From positions 64,345-96,344 of the forward strand of contig NZ_SNUY01000008.1 in NCBI RefSeq assembly GCF_004376175.1: DNA of 32,000 bases, in the 5' to 3' direction. The position numbers and the translations under genes were made by a program. The notes below the pieces were generated by a model. The model saw only the letters and a program-made list of their open reading frames with translations, was not told the DNA's origin and searched no databases. Below, piece by piece: positions 1-8,697 of this stretch; positions within the stretch are counted from its first letter, which is position 1; each line of letters starts with the position of its first letter. Source of the stretch: Halalkalibacterium halodurans (GTDB taxonomy: Bacteria > Bacillota > Bacilli > Bacillales > Bacillaceae_D).

Positions 1-1237
1 GAGCCTTTAATTCCACAAGCACGGTTACTTGTTTGCCGTTTTCCGCAGCTCTTGCCAATGCATTGATAATTGGAGAATCACCGCTTACTCGATACAACGT
101 CTGTTTGATTGCTAACACTTGAGGGTCTTCCGCAGCGGTTGCGATAAAGTCGATGACCGGTTGAAACGATTCGTACGGATGGTGCAAAAAAATATCTCGT
201 TTTAAAATCGCATCAAAAATATTCGTTTCACCAATTAAATCTTCTGGTGGCTGTGGAATTAATGTCTCATTCGTTAAATGCTCGTAATCGACGATGAGTC
301 TATTGTATAGCTTAAATAAAAACGTTAAATCGAGAGGACCTTGCAGTGAATAAACGTCATTTTTATGAATTTCCAATACGTCAAGAAGGAGCTTTAGTAC
401 ATTGGGATCCATAAGCCCTTCTTGCATTTCGAGTCGTACAGCAGCTCCCCATTTTCGTTTCTTTAATTCTTTTTCGATTTCACGTAACAGATCTCTAGCC
501 CCTTCTTCGTGAATGGGCAAGTCGGCGTTACGTGTAATTCGAAACGGAGAGACAGATTTGACTGTATACCCCTTAAAAAGTTTTTCGATAAAATAGCTAA
601 TGACATTTTCAAGCAGAATAAATTGATTCTTTCCATCTTCACAAGGTAACAAGATGAAGCGGTTAAGAACGGAAGGTACTTGAACAATCGCGAGTTGCTC
701 TCGGCTATCAGACTCTTTATTCTTAATGACGACGGCTAAATTCAGACTTTTATTAAGTAACATTGGAAATGGCCGATAGGCGTCTACGGCCATGGGAGTA
801 AGAACAGGAAAAATATAATGATCAAACCGTTTTTCTAGGAAAGATCGCTGCTTGTCTGAAAGCTCATCGAACGTTAAAAATTGAATACCGTGCTGTGAAA
901 GCATGGGCATAATCGTTTCCGTGTAGACACGATCTTGGAGTTGGACGAGCTGATGGTTTCGTTCTGAAATTTGCCGTAATTGCTGTTTAGGCGTAAGACC
1001 TGCTTTATTTTCTGGCTTGTTGAAACCAGCTTTTACTTGATCCTTTAACCCTGCAACCCGAACCATAAAAAACTCGTCTAGGTTTGAACTGAAAATGGCT
1101 AAGAATTTTAGCCGCTCCAGCAAAGGGTTTCGTTCATCAATCGCTTCTTCTAGTACACGCTCGTTAAAAGCGAGCCAACTAAGTTCACGATTGTTATAGA
1201 AGGCTGGTTCATTTAAATCGATGTCTGATCTTGTCAT
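1..1237 (-). CDS. ppk: Polyphosphate kinase 1, N-terminal ~410 codons; the 3' end lies beyond the window start
   Basis: Not in the ORF track because the frame is open to the window edge. My minus-strand translation from ATG at 1237 reads MTRSDIDLNEPAFYNNRELSWLAFNERVLEEAIDERNPLLERLKFLAIFSSNLDEFFMVRVAGLKDQ..., a typical PPK1 N-terminus. GAGGAG lies just upstream. In-frame alternative ATGs at 1255 and 1279 cannot be excluded. Confidence 0.88.
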   Translation of the reverse strand, partial: MTRSDIDLNEPAFYNNRELSWLAFNERVLEEAIDERNPLLERLKFLAIFSSNLDEFFMVRVAGLKDQVKAGFNKPENKAGLTPKQQLRQISERNHQLVQLQDRVYTETIMPMLSQHGIQFLTFDELSDKQRSFLEKRFDHYIFPVLTPMAVDAYRPFPMLLNKSLNLAVVIKNKESDSREQLAIVQVPSVLNRFILLPCEDGKNQFILLENVISYFIEKLFKGYTVKSVSPFRITRNADLPIHEEGARDLLREIEKELKKRKWGAAVRLEMQEGLMDPNVLKLLLDVLEIHKNDVYSLQGPLDLTFLFKLYNRLIVDYEHLTNETLIPQPPEDLIGETNIFDAILKRDIFLHHPYESFQPVIDFIATAAEDPQVLAIKQTLYRVSGDSPIINALARAAENGKQVTVLVELKA

Positions 1238-1372
1238 TTTCTCCTCAGTCCCCATTTTGCCACTGGAGCCTCCATTCATTCAAAGAAGTTTTCGTCTGCT
1301 TGCGAACCGGTAACGAATGGTTCGTAGGCTTGAAAAGGCCCTTACCCTCATTTTATCAGGCGAATGTAAATT

Positions 1373-2929
1373 TTATGTGAAATTTGATAAAGGGAGAAAG
1401 GGAAGCTCTATCGTCTTTTTAATGACCTTCTCTACATGCTTTACGTGCTTTAACGCATAGTCCTGTTCGAACGATGGGTCAAGGTCATAATGGTAATAGA
1501 GTGGGAGAACGATCGCGTCTCGTTTTGCCTCGATCGTACCGATTTTACCGATTACATGACGGCGGGTTCGATTTAAGCAATAAGCGAGCTTTAAAATGGC
1601 GCCGAGAAATTCGAACCGTTTCAACTGTTTTTTCGAAATCAAGGGCATAAAGGGTGAGGCCATATGCAACAGTTGTGCTTTTGATTTAAAAGAAGACACA
1701 CAAGCTAGCGCAAGACGCTCCTCATGATTTAATCCATCAATCGACATATTGGTTAGCAAATAAAACGTATGTTGACTGCTTGCTTCTGGGTTAATGTGCT
1801 CTCCAAGGTATAGTACCCTTGCCGCCCGATGAATAAGGGTAAGATTTTGCTGATGCTCAAGCTTTCCATTATAAAAAGGGGCCAATTGCTCATATAGCTT
1901 CGTCGCGAGCTTCGCCACTTGCTTGACGTGCTCGAGATTAATTTCATATTGGTGGTAGAGTTGATAGAAGCTCTCTTCCACCACATTTGGAAAGCATTCC
2001 AAGTTAAGTTGTTCCAAAATTTCGCTGTAAAATAAACCATCCCGTAGTCCTTTTCGGCTCATGATGAATTGGGAAGATCCGACCGTTTTCACAAGGCTGG
2101 AAATCGCTTGCGTCCCAGGAATGATGACATCGACCCGATCCTTAGAAAGCCCGTCCAATCCCTCACGTTCTGAGGACGTTAATCGTTGTAGCATTTGAGT
2201 AACAGAGTGCAACTCTTCAGCAGGGAAAGAATACTGATGAAGTCCAGCTAGCGGGTAATCGGTCTGACGTTGATGGATTAAGGAAAGATTTCGCGCCGTT
2301 CCACCTATGCCAATCACAGGGAGATCTTTGGCATCCTGTAACCATGGCAATGTCGCAAAGGCACTTTCCAAGAATTTCTGCAGCGATGCTAATTCCTCCT
2401 CGCTTGGATCGGTGCTGTGAAAGAAATCACGATAAAGTGTAATGGCACCGAACGGAAAGCTATGATAGTGCAGCAGTTTACGGTTGGAAAACCGGGTGAT
2501 TTCAGTACTTCCTCCGCCAATATCAATGGTGATACCATCTTGGATTGATGTAGAGTTCACGATCGCCAAATAACCAAAATACGCCTCTTCATACTCAGAT
2601 AACAGCTTTATCGAAAAGCCTGTTTCTTGCTCCGCAAGCTTCAAAAGCTCCTTGCGATTATTGGCCTTCCGCATGGCAGCAGTGGCAACAACGATCGCGC
2701 GGTCGCAATGGTGATCCTCCGTTAAGGTACGAAATTTTTGTAGTGTAGTTAGCAAAATGGAGGTTCCTTCTTTCGTAAGGTTCCCTTGAGCGTCAAGATG
2801 ATTGCTTAGTCGAGCAACGGTTTTGAAATTGTAGAGCTCTTGATAATGACCATGTTCATTTATCGTGTTAATAACAAGACGGATGGAATTGGAACCGATA
2901 TCAATAATGGCAAGTCGCTGTCTTTTCAA
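1373..2929 (-). CDS. ppx: Exopolyphosphatase (Ppx/GppA family with C-terminal HD-like domain)
   Basis: ORF 1373..3010 contains LAIIDIGSNSIRLV and DIGGGSTE (ASKHA phosphatase motifs). I place the start at TTG 2929, with AAAGGAG 7 nt upstream. It lies directly upstream of ppk on the same strand. Confidence 0.85.
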   Translation of the reverse strand: MKRQRLAIIDIGSNSIRLVINTINEHGHYQELYNFKTVARLSNHLDAQGNLTKEGTSILLTTLQKFRTLTEDHHCDRAIVVATAAMRKANNRKELLKLAEQETGFSIKLLSEYEEAYFGYLAIVNSTSIQDGITIDIGGGSTEITRFSNRKLLHYHSFPFGAITLYRDFFHSTDPSEEELASLQKFLESAFATLPWLQDAKDLPVIGIGGTARNLSLIHQRQTDYPLAGLHQYSFPAEELHSVTQMLQRLTSSEREGLDGLSKDRVDVIIPGTQAISSLVKTVGSSQFIMSRKGLRDGLFYSEILEQLNLECFPNVVEESFYQLYHQYEINLEHVKQVAKLATKLYEQLAPFYNGKLEHQQNLTLIHRAARVLYLGEHINPEASSQHTFYLLTNMSIDGLNHEERLALACVSSFKSKAQLLHMASPFMPLISKKQLKRFEFLGAILKLAYCLNRTRRHVIGKIGTIEAKRDAIVLPLYYHYDLDPSFEQDYALKHVKHVEKVIKKTIELPFLPLSNFT

Positions 2930-3013
2930 TGGAGATTCTCCTTTATCGAAAAAATAAACATCTACTTTTGCTACTAGTATACAAAAAAATGACGGACATG
3001 GAACGTGCAACAG

Positions 3014-3041
3014 TAGACATTCTACCTATAAACGTTATAAT
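3014..3041 (+). promoter_or_regulatory. SigmaA-type promoter candidate for znuC-znuB-zur (TAGACA-16-TATAAT)
   Basis: TAGACA at 3014-3019 and TATAAT at 3036-3041, with a 16-nt spacer, about 90 nt upstream of the znuC start. Confidence 0.45.
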
Positions 3042-3057
3042 AAGGACTGTGATAAAT

Positions 3058-3078
3058 AAATCGGAATGATTCTTAATA
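3058..3078 (+). promoter_or_regulatory. Candidate Zur box
   Basis: AAATCGGAATGATTCTTAATA matches the B. subtilis Zur consensus AAATCGTAATnATTACGATTT at 15 of 20 defined positions. The left half-site is strong and the right half-site weak. It sits just downstream of the -10 element. Confidence 0.35.
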
Positions 3079-3128
3079 TATACCTAATAAAGGATTATTC
3101 ATTTCATGCGATCGGTGGAGGACTGTAT

Positions 3129-3908
3129 ATGTATCAATCAAAGGAAGAATTAACGATCGACATCCGGAATGTGGCGTATCGTTATGACTATCGTAACGTG
3201 TTGGAAAACGTCACGCTTCCCATTCGTCAAGGAGCATTTGTCGGGTTGGTAGGTCCAAACGGCTCTGGAAAATCAACGCTTATAAAATGCATTTTAGGGC
3301 TGCAAAAACCGAGCCAAGGAAGCATAAAGCTCTTTGGACAGCCAGTGGATAAATTCCGGCAGTGGGATCGAATTGGCTATGTATCGCAAAAAGCTAACAG
3401 CTTCAATTCAGGATTCCCTGCCACTGTTTATGAAGTCGTTTCGATGGGGCTGTTTGGTAAGGTCGGGATGTTCCGCTTTCTTACGAAAAAACATAAACAG
3501 AAAGTGAAAGAAGCTGTTGCAAGCGTCGGGATGAGCGGGTACTTACACCAAAATATTGGCGAGCTTTCAGGCGGACAGCAGCAGCGCGTGTTTATTGCTC
3601 GTGCTCTCGTAAGTGATCCTGAGTTGTTAATCCTTGATGAGCCCACGGTCGGAGTGGATGTGTCATCCGTAAAAAGCTTTTATACACTGTTAAGTGAGTT
3701 AAACCAAAAGCGGGGGATCACATTGTTACTCGTAACTCATGACATCGGGGCAATGACGGATTACGTGACAGATGTGGCTTGCCTAAACAAGCATCTTCAT
3801 TTCCATGGTGATACGAAAGCGTTTGAGCAAACCCAAGACTTAACGGCCTTCTATGGACACGATGTTCACTTACTTACACACGATCATGGGGGGCATGGGC
3901 ATGCTTGA
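3129..3908 (+). CDS. znuC: Zinc ABC transporter ATP-binding protein
   Basis: Walker A GPNGSGKST, signature LSGGQQQR and Walker B LLILDEP. The start is placed at ATG 3129, after GGTGGAGG. The C-terminal tail is His-rich (HLLTHDHGGHGHA). The gene is followed by an ABC-3 permease and zur. Confidence 0.85.
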   Translation: MYQSKEELTIDIRNVAYRYDYRNVLENVTLPIRQGAFVGLVGPNGSGKSTLIKCILGLQKPSQGSIKLFGQPVDKFRQWDRIGYVSQKANSFNSGFPATVYEVVSMGLFGKVGMFRFLTKKHKQKVKEAVASVGMSGYLHQNIGELSGGQQQRVFIARALVSDPELLILDEPTVGVDVSSVKSFYTLLSELNQKRGITLLLVTHDIGAMTDYVTDVACLNKHLHFHGDTKAFEQTQDLTAFYGHDVHLLTHDHGGHGHA

Positions 3909-4764
3909 AGTTTTTTTTCGTTATGAATTTTTACAAAATGCGTTTTATACTGGCGTGATGATCGGCTGCCTAGCGCCGTTACTCGGCGTTTTTCTTGTTG
4001 TGAGAAGGATGGCGCTCATTGCCGATGCCCTTTCCCACATTACGTTATCGGGGATCGCTTTTAGTTTATTGATTTCCAATTACGCAGCGCTGTTTTTATT
4101 TGTCAACCCATTATATATGGGAATTGTATTTTCCGTAGTCGGTTCTTTATTAATTGAAAAATTGCGCCAAGTTTACAAGTTTTATCAAGAAATTGCGATC
4201 CCGATCATTTTATCTGGTGGCCTCGGCTTAAGTGTCCTGTTTTTATCTTTAGCCGATGGATTTAACAATGATTTAATGAACTATTTATTTGGGAGCGTCA
4301 TCGCCGTAAGTCGCTCGGATTTATGGACCATCTTATTTATTACAATTGTGGTCATCATCGTATTAGTCTTATTTTATAAGGAGTTATTCTTTTTATCCTT
4401 TGATGAAGAACAAGCCGTTGTATCGGGCATTCAACGTCGTTTCGTTCATTTTATTTTTATTGTGATGGTCGCACTAGTAATTGCCGCTTCTATGCGTATT
4501 GTCGGGATTCTCCTCGTTTCGTCTTTAATGACGCTACCAGTTGCTGCGGCGATGCGATTTGCAAAAGGGTTTAAGCAAATGTTTGTCTATTCTATTCTTT
4601 TTGGAGAAGTGGCTGTTATTGGTGGCTTAATCTCAGCCTATTATTTGGATTTAGCGCCAGGAGGCACGATTGTGATGTTAGCGGTGCTCATCCTAGTAGG
4701 TTCCATTATCGGCAAAAAAGCAGCGACTTCGTGGGCACAAAAGAAAGAGACAATCCCTTCATGA
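3901..4764 (+). CDS. znuB: Zinc ABC transporter permease (ABC-3 family)
   Basis: Polytopic membrane protein. The ATG at 3901 overlaps the znuC stop (ATGCTTGA), suggesting translational coupling. Earlier in-frame ATGs at 3886 and 3895 are possible. Confidence 0.85.
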   Translation: MLEVFFRYEFLQNAFYTGVMIGCLAPLLGVFLVVRRMALIADALSHITLSGIAFSLLISNYAALFLFVNPLYMGIVFSVVGSLLIEKLRQVYKFYQEIAIPIILSGGLGLSVLFLSLADGFNNDLMNYLFGSVIAVSRSDLWTILFITIVVIIVLVLFYKELFFLSFDEEQAVVSGIQRRFVHFIFIVMVALVIAASMRIVGILLVSSLMTLPVAAAMRFAKGFKQMFVYSILFGEVAVIGGLISAYYLDLAPGGTIVMLAVLILVGSIIGKKAATSWAQKKETIPS

Positions 4765-4820
4765 TGATTGTTGAATCTGTTACTTTCGTGTAAAATATGA
4801 GGGGACGAAAGGGCGTGCAA

Positions 4821-5240
4821 ATGATGAACGTATCTGAAGCGATGAATATTTTAAAAAATAAAGGATACAAACATACGGACAAGCGTGAATTGATGCTCAC
4901 TATTTTTGCAGATGAAAGCCGTTATTTGTCTGCTAAAGATGTATTGGAACGCTTGCAAAAACAGTATCCAGGATTAAGCTTCGATACCATTTATCGAAAC
5001 CTTTCCTTGTTTAGCCAGCTCGGAATATTGGAAGAGACAGAGTTGGATGGAGAAAAGCGATTTCGATTCAGTTGTTCCACGACCCACCACCATCATCATT
5101 TAATTTGTTTAACGTGTGGGAAAACGAAGCATATTGAAAACTGTCCGATGGATATTGTGAATCAATCCTTCCCAGAGTTTGAAGTAACAGGACATAAATT
5201 TGAAATTTACGGCTATTGTAAATCGTGCCGAAACGATTAA
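4821..5240 (+). CDS. zur: Zinc uptake regulator, Fur family
   Basis: MNVSEAMNILKNKGYKHTDKRE...PGLSFDTIYRNLSLF...HHHHHLICLTCGKT...GHKFEIYGYCKSC closely resembles B. subtilis Zur as I remember it. Both CxxC pairs are present. The start is ATG 4821 or 4824. Confidence 0.9.
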   Translation: MMNVSEAMNILKNKGYKHTDKRELMLTIFADESRYLSAKDVLERLQKQYPGLSFDTIYRNLSLFSQLGILEETELDGEKRFRFSCSTTHHHHHLICLTCGKTKHIENCPMDIVNQSFPEFEVTGHKFEIYGYCKSCRND

Positions 5241-5363
5241 CTACATTCAAATGAGGTTTTCATACGAAAAGTTTTTGGCAGGAAAACGTGATAAACGCCC
5301 AATCCAAATGTTTACCTAGTTCATAGTGTATCATGTAGCCTACTATTGAAAGGAGATGGCATC

Positions 5364-5471
5364 ATGAGTGCACCAACAGGTGGATATGGTTATGGAAGCG
5401 GCTTTGCTCTGTTAGTTGTGTTGTTTATTCTTCTTGTAATTATTGGAGCAAGCTGGTCCGGTTGGTACTAA
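5364..5471 (+). CDS. YjcZ-like small hydrophobic sporulation-family protein (35 aa)
   Basis: Below the ORF-track size cutoff. AGGAG lies 8 nt upstream of the ATG. The product is [36 protein letters not shown] Gly/Tyr-rich N-terminus followed by [15 protein letters not shown] is the hallmark of the YjcZ family. A hairpin terminator follows. Confidence 0.6.
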   Translation: MSAPTGGYGYGSGFALLVVLFILLVIIGASWSGWY

Positions 5472-5482
5472 GTTGATTTATG

Positions 5483-5518
5483 CGAGCATGGGATCCCATG
5501 CTCGTTTTATATTTTTTC
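5483..5518 (+). terminator. Rho-independent terminator after the YjcZ-like gene
   Basis: CGAGCATGGG/CCCATGCTCG perfect inverted repeat, followed by TTTTATATTTTTT. Confidence 0.6.
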
Positions 5519-5599
5519 AAAAGTTGGACAGGGGTAATTTGCCGGGAATAAAAGAAGACCATTCGTGCACCCTAGGGAACAGAGGGGGGAATTTTTCGA

Positions 5600-5821
5600 A
5601 TGGAAAATCCAATTGTGAAATGTAATGTATCGAACTGTATGTATTGGGGCGAAGAAAATCGTTGTCATGCTGATGCCATTTTGGTGGAAATTGATGCGAA
5701 TCAGCATCGTGATTATGACATGGAAGCAGGCCGTGAACCGTATGCAACCGCAGAAAAACGAGAAGTCGCTAAATCTAGCGGCGAAACCTGTTGTTACACT
5801 TTTCGTCCCAAAAAGCGTTAA
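5600..5821 (+). CDS. DUF1540 domain protein (Cys-rich, sporulation-associated family)
   Basis: VKCNVSNCMYWGEENRCHADAILV is the typical DUF1540 core. AGAGGGGGG lies upstream of the ATG. Confidence 0.7.
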   Translation: MENPIVKCNVSNCMYWGEENRCHADAILVEIDANQHRDYDMEAGREPYATAEKREVAKSSGETCCYTFRPKKR

Positions 5822-6488
5822 CGACACGAAGAAAAGACCGGAAGCATTCCGGTCTTTTCCCATTTTTAAGAAAGTATAGCTGAAAGTGAAAACCCTTTTC
5901 TTTAGAAGCCCGAACGTTTAAGCCATTCATCGACCCAGGCCTTGCCTCAGTCCAATGGTTGATTCGGACCACATTTGCAGGTGTTGGCAAACGGTTGTAA
6001 GGAGTATCCATTAAAATGACAGGAATGGCGAATGTTTCGGCGATTGCCACCGCATTGTCGTGCTTGTCTTCAAAGAATATGTCGATTTCATGTGTACGAA
6101 TCGCCTCTATTTTGTCGTGTTTACCGACAAGCTCAATATGGTGAAAGGGAAGGTTTTGTTGTTCAAACCAATTTTTTGTTATTTCTTCAAGGTGACTCGC
6201 TCTTGCCGTAATATAAATAAGTTCATGTTCTTGCTTCCATTCCTCTAACACCTGATCGACACCATCTGCTTTTTTTGCTTGTTTGTAAATGGTTTGTTCG
6301 TGCTGTTCCATCCATTTCCAAAATTCTTCACTAGTAATTCCAAGCGATTTTGTTAGGTCATAGTCAGTAATATCTTCCAATGTGAGTGTTTTTTGGAACT
6401 GTTCGTTCAAATAGGGGAGAAACGTCGCAGGATCGGTGACGGTCCCATCAATATCTAAACCGAATCGTTTTTGTTTTCTCATAGTCAT
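5775..6488 (-). CDS. HAD-superfamily 5'(3')-deoxyribonucleotidase-like nucleotidase (YqfW type); 3' end doubtful
   Basis: The N-terminal motif FGLDIDGTVTD is HAD motif I (DxDG). AAAGGAG lies upstream of ATG 6488. The annotated frame reads through the terminator hairpin and overlaps the convergent DUF1540 gene. An alternative frame would end at 5902 (see findings). Confidence 0.75.
   Translation of the reverse strand: MTMRKQKRFGLDIDGTVTDPATFLPYLNEQFQKTLTLEDITDYDLTKSLGITSEEFWKWMEQHEQTIYKQAKKADGVDQVLEEWKQEHELIYITARASHLEEITKNWFEQQNLPFHHIELVGKHDKIEAIRTHEIDIFFEDKHDNAVAIAETFAIPVILMDTPYNRLPTPANVVRINHWTEARPGSMNGLNVRASKEKGFHFQLYFLKNGKRPECFRSFLRVVNAFWDEKCNNRFRR
5831..5859. terminator. Bidirectional hairpin terminator between convergent genes
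   Basis: GAAAAGACCGGAA-gca-TTCCGGTCTTTTC, flanked by an A-rich 5' side and a T-rich 3' side. Confidence 0.6.
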
Positions 6489-6646
6489 TTTGCGTTCACT
6501 CCTTTATGTACTTTCCACCTCATACAATACACGACCTGTTCAATGAAAGCTAGCACGTTCCTTGTGATGAAAAGATTGTCACCGATATTCTTTTGCCGCA
6601 GCGTCATACTAAAAATGTTCCCCGAAACAGAAAGAGAGGGAGTCAA

Positions 6647-7123
6647 ATGAGCGAAAATCGAAACGGCAACAACCTAAATGGTCACGACATCGATCGAGAT
6701 CCTATACGACTTGTGGATGAAAACGATCCAGCTTTGACGCTTGTGGAAGATGATGATCTAGCTGAGGAGGACACGATCGGTGCTTCAATGGACGCAGCAA
6801 GATCTCTTGATGATTACGATGAGGAGACAGCTGCCGAATTAGCAGCACCACCGTCCTCTGTACCTTTTCAGCGAGATGAAGAAGAAGCAGATGAGACAGA
6901 AGAAGCCAATATGGATGACGCAACAGCAGGGAAGGGAGTAGGGACCTTTGCCATTGTCCTCTCCATCTTATCGCTGTTCTTTTTACCTATTCTGTTAGGA
7001 GCTTCGGGAATTGTTATTGGTTATGTATCCCGTCGTTATGGGGCACGGGCGTTAGGAAACTGGGCCATCGGGATCGGCGCATTTTCCATCTTAATGACCG
7101 TCCTTTTCTCACCATTTTTCTAG
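6647..7123 (+). CDS. Membrane protein with an acidic disordered N-terminus and two C-terminal TM helices (YqfX-like)
   Basis: ATG 6647 follows AGAGAGGGAG. The C-terminus GVGTFAIVLSILSLFFLPILLGASGIVIGYVSRR...AIGIGAFSILMTVLF forms a TM hairpin. Its position between the nucleotidase and ispG matches B. subtilis yqfX. Confidence 0.6.
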   Translation: MSENRNGNNLNGHDIDRDPIRLVDENDPALTLVEDDDLAEEDTIGASMDAARSLDDYDEETAAELAAPPSSVPFQRDEEEADETEEANMDDATAGKGVGTFAIVLSILSLFFLPILLGASGIVIGYVSRRYGARALGNWAIGIGAFSILMTVLFSPFF

Positions 7124-7146
7124 ATTAGGGAGTAGGGGAACAAATG

Positions 7147-7177
7147 AAAAAGCATAAGCGTTACGCTTATGCTTTTT
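7147..7177. terminator. Bidirectional terminator shared by the YqfX-like gene and ispG
   Basis: AAAAAGCATAAGCG-tta-CGCTTATGCTTTTT, a perfect 14-bp stem. The ispG stop codon lies inside the right arm. Confidence 0.65.
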
Positions 7178-8270
7178 CTAATTCCTTCTGCTTGGCAAAA
7201 TATTCTTCTGCAATTTTATCGATTTCTTTTTTCAATTCCTCGACCATCGTTTCTTCGGGTACTTTTCGCACGATTTCTCCTTTGCGGAAAAGGAGTCCTT
7301 CTCCTCTGGCACCAGCAATTCCAATGTCAGCTTCGCGCGCTTCACCTGGACCGTTAACAGCACAGCCTAGCACGGCTACTTTGATTGGCGCACGAATTTT
7401 GGAAATATATTCTTCCATTTCATTGGCAATGCTTATTAAATCAATCTCAATCCGCCCGCATGTTGGACATGAAATTAATGTAGCTGCGTTGGAAGCAAGC
7501 CCAAAGGATTTTAACAGTTCTCGTGCCACTTTAACTTCTTCAACTGGATCAGCACTTAACGAAACGCGGACGGTGTTACCAATGCCCATGTTTAAGATGG
7601 CACCAAGTCCAGCCGCGCTTTTTACGGTACCTGCAAATAGCGTCCCTGATTCTGTGATTCCTAAGTGAAGCGGGTAATCGAAAGCTTTTGCTGCTTTTTC
7701 ATAAGCTTCAATGGCTAAATTCACGTCAGATGCTTTCATAGACACAATAATGTCATGAAAATCAAGATCTTCTAAAATTTTGATATGGTGTAAGGCGCTT
7801 TCCACCATCCCGTCAGCCGTTGGGTACCCGTATTTGTCAAGGATTCGCTTTTCGAGCGAGCCAGCATTGACACCAATACGAATTGGAATGCCCTTTTCTT
7901 TTGCTGCTTTGACGACCGCTTCTACTTTGTGACGCTTACCAATGTTTCCAGGATTAATCCGAATTTTATCGGCACCGCCTTCAATGGCTTTCAAGGCGAG
8001 CTTGTAGTCAAAATGAATATCGACAACAAGAGGAATTGAAATCTGTTTTTTAATCGCAGGAATAGCTTCTGCTGCACGCATGTCGGGACATGCGACGCGA
8101 ACGACTTGACACCCTGCTTCCTCTAACCGTTTAATTTCTGCTACGGTTGCTTCCACATCATGGGTTTTAGTCGTTGTCATACTTTGAACGACCACTTCGT
8201 TGTTTCCACCGATCGTCAAGTTCCCGACCTTTACGGGCCTGGTCTTGGTACGATGTGTAATCTCGGTCAT
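7167..8270 (-). CDS. ispG: 4-hydroxy-3-methylbut-2-enyl diphosphate synthase (MEP pathway)
   Basis: [22 protein letters not shown]...QSMT...RINPGNIG...CPTCGR...[12 protein letters not shown] are classic GcpE/IspG motifs. The start is placed at ATG 8270 (AAAGGAG 9 nt upstream) rather than the GTG at 8294. Confidence 0.95.
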   Translation of the reverse strand: MTEITHRTKTRPVKVGNLTIGGNNEVVVQSMTTTKTHDVEATVAEIKRLEEAGCQVVRVACPDMRAAEAIPAIKKQISIPLVVDIHFDYKLALKAIEGGADKIRINPGNIGKRHKVEAVVKAAKEKGIPIRIGVNAGSLEKRILDKYGYPTADGMVESALHHIKILEDLDFHDIIVSMKASDVNLAIEAYEKAAKAFDYPLHLGITESGTLFAGTVKSAAGLGAILNMGIGNTVRVSLSADPVEEVKVARELLKSFGLASNAATLISCPTCGRIEIDLISIANEMEEYISKIRAPIKVAVLGCAVNGPGEAREADIGIAGARGEGLLFRKGEIVRKVPEETMVEELKKEIDKIAEEYFAKQKELEKA

Positions 8271-8305
8271 TGACCTATCGCTCCTTTTTGTCACGCTTTA
8301 CGTGA

Positions 8306-8334
8306 ACTGTAGAGATACGATCCTATTTTATCAA
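8306..8334 (-). promoter_or_regulatory. SigmaA-type promoter candidate for ispG (TTGATA-17-TACAGT on the minus strand)
   Basis: Reverse complement of 8329-8334 is TTGATA and of 8306-8311 is TACAGT, with a 17-nt spacer. Confidence 0.35.
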
Positions 8335-8370
8335 TCGTGCCTTAATTTTGGCAAGGACAAAGTTTGTCAC

Positions 8371-8697
8371 TTATTCTCCATAGATTGGAAAACGATAACT
8401 TTCGCCGATTTGGATATCCTCCGGAGCTAGTCCGTCGTTTAGTTGCGAGAAATCATAAACAATCTCTTGTATGGTGGCACGGATTGGCTCCGTGTGTAAA
8501 TGTTCGACGATGGAAAGTACAGTATACCCTGGCTCAACAACAACGACTTCATAAGGAGCATCAGGTAACGTATTATTTTCGGCAGCTTCTACAGTAGAGG
8601 GGCTGTTCACTAGTGGGGGTAAGGTGCCGATCGTTAGGTCATAATACATACTTGAAAAGATGATCAATAATAAAGTAAAAAACCCGAGTCGTTTCAT
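8371..8697 (-). CDS. Small secreted or membrane-anchored protein with a LysM-like C-terminal domain (YqfZ-like)
   Basis: ATG 8697 follows GTAAGGAGGA. The product starts MKRLGFFTLLLIIFSSMYY (signal/anchor). The YTVLSIVE...IQIGESYRFP pattern resembles LysM. Its position upstream of ispG matches B. subtilis yqfZ. Confidence 0.55.
   Translation of the reverse strand: MKRLGFFTLLLIIFSSMYYDLTIGTLPPLVNSPSTVEAAENNTLPDAPYEVVVVEPGYTVLSIVEHLHTEPIRATIQEIVYDFSQLNDGLAPEDIQIGESYRFPIYGE

Noticed and set aside
463-687. 74-aa minus-strand ORF listed in the track.
   Set aside because: It lies in a different frame inside the clearly recognisable ppk coding region (1..1237, minus strand). It has no SD and a low-complexity product.
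5443-5879. Cluster of overlapping ORFs: 5443..5625 +, 5507..5863 -, 5517..5747 - and 5625..5879 +.
   Set aside because: They overlap the well-supported YjcZ-like terminator and the DUF1540 gene. None has an SD or a recognisable product.
7144-7668. 174-aa plus-strand ORF, and also 7169..7357.
   Set aside because: It is antisense to ispG, whose product is unmistakable. The translation is Ser/Pro-rich, as is typical of antisense frames.
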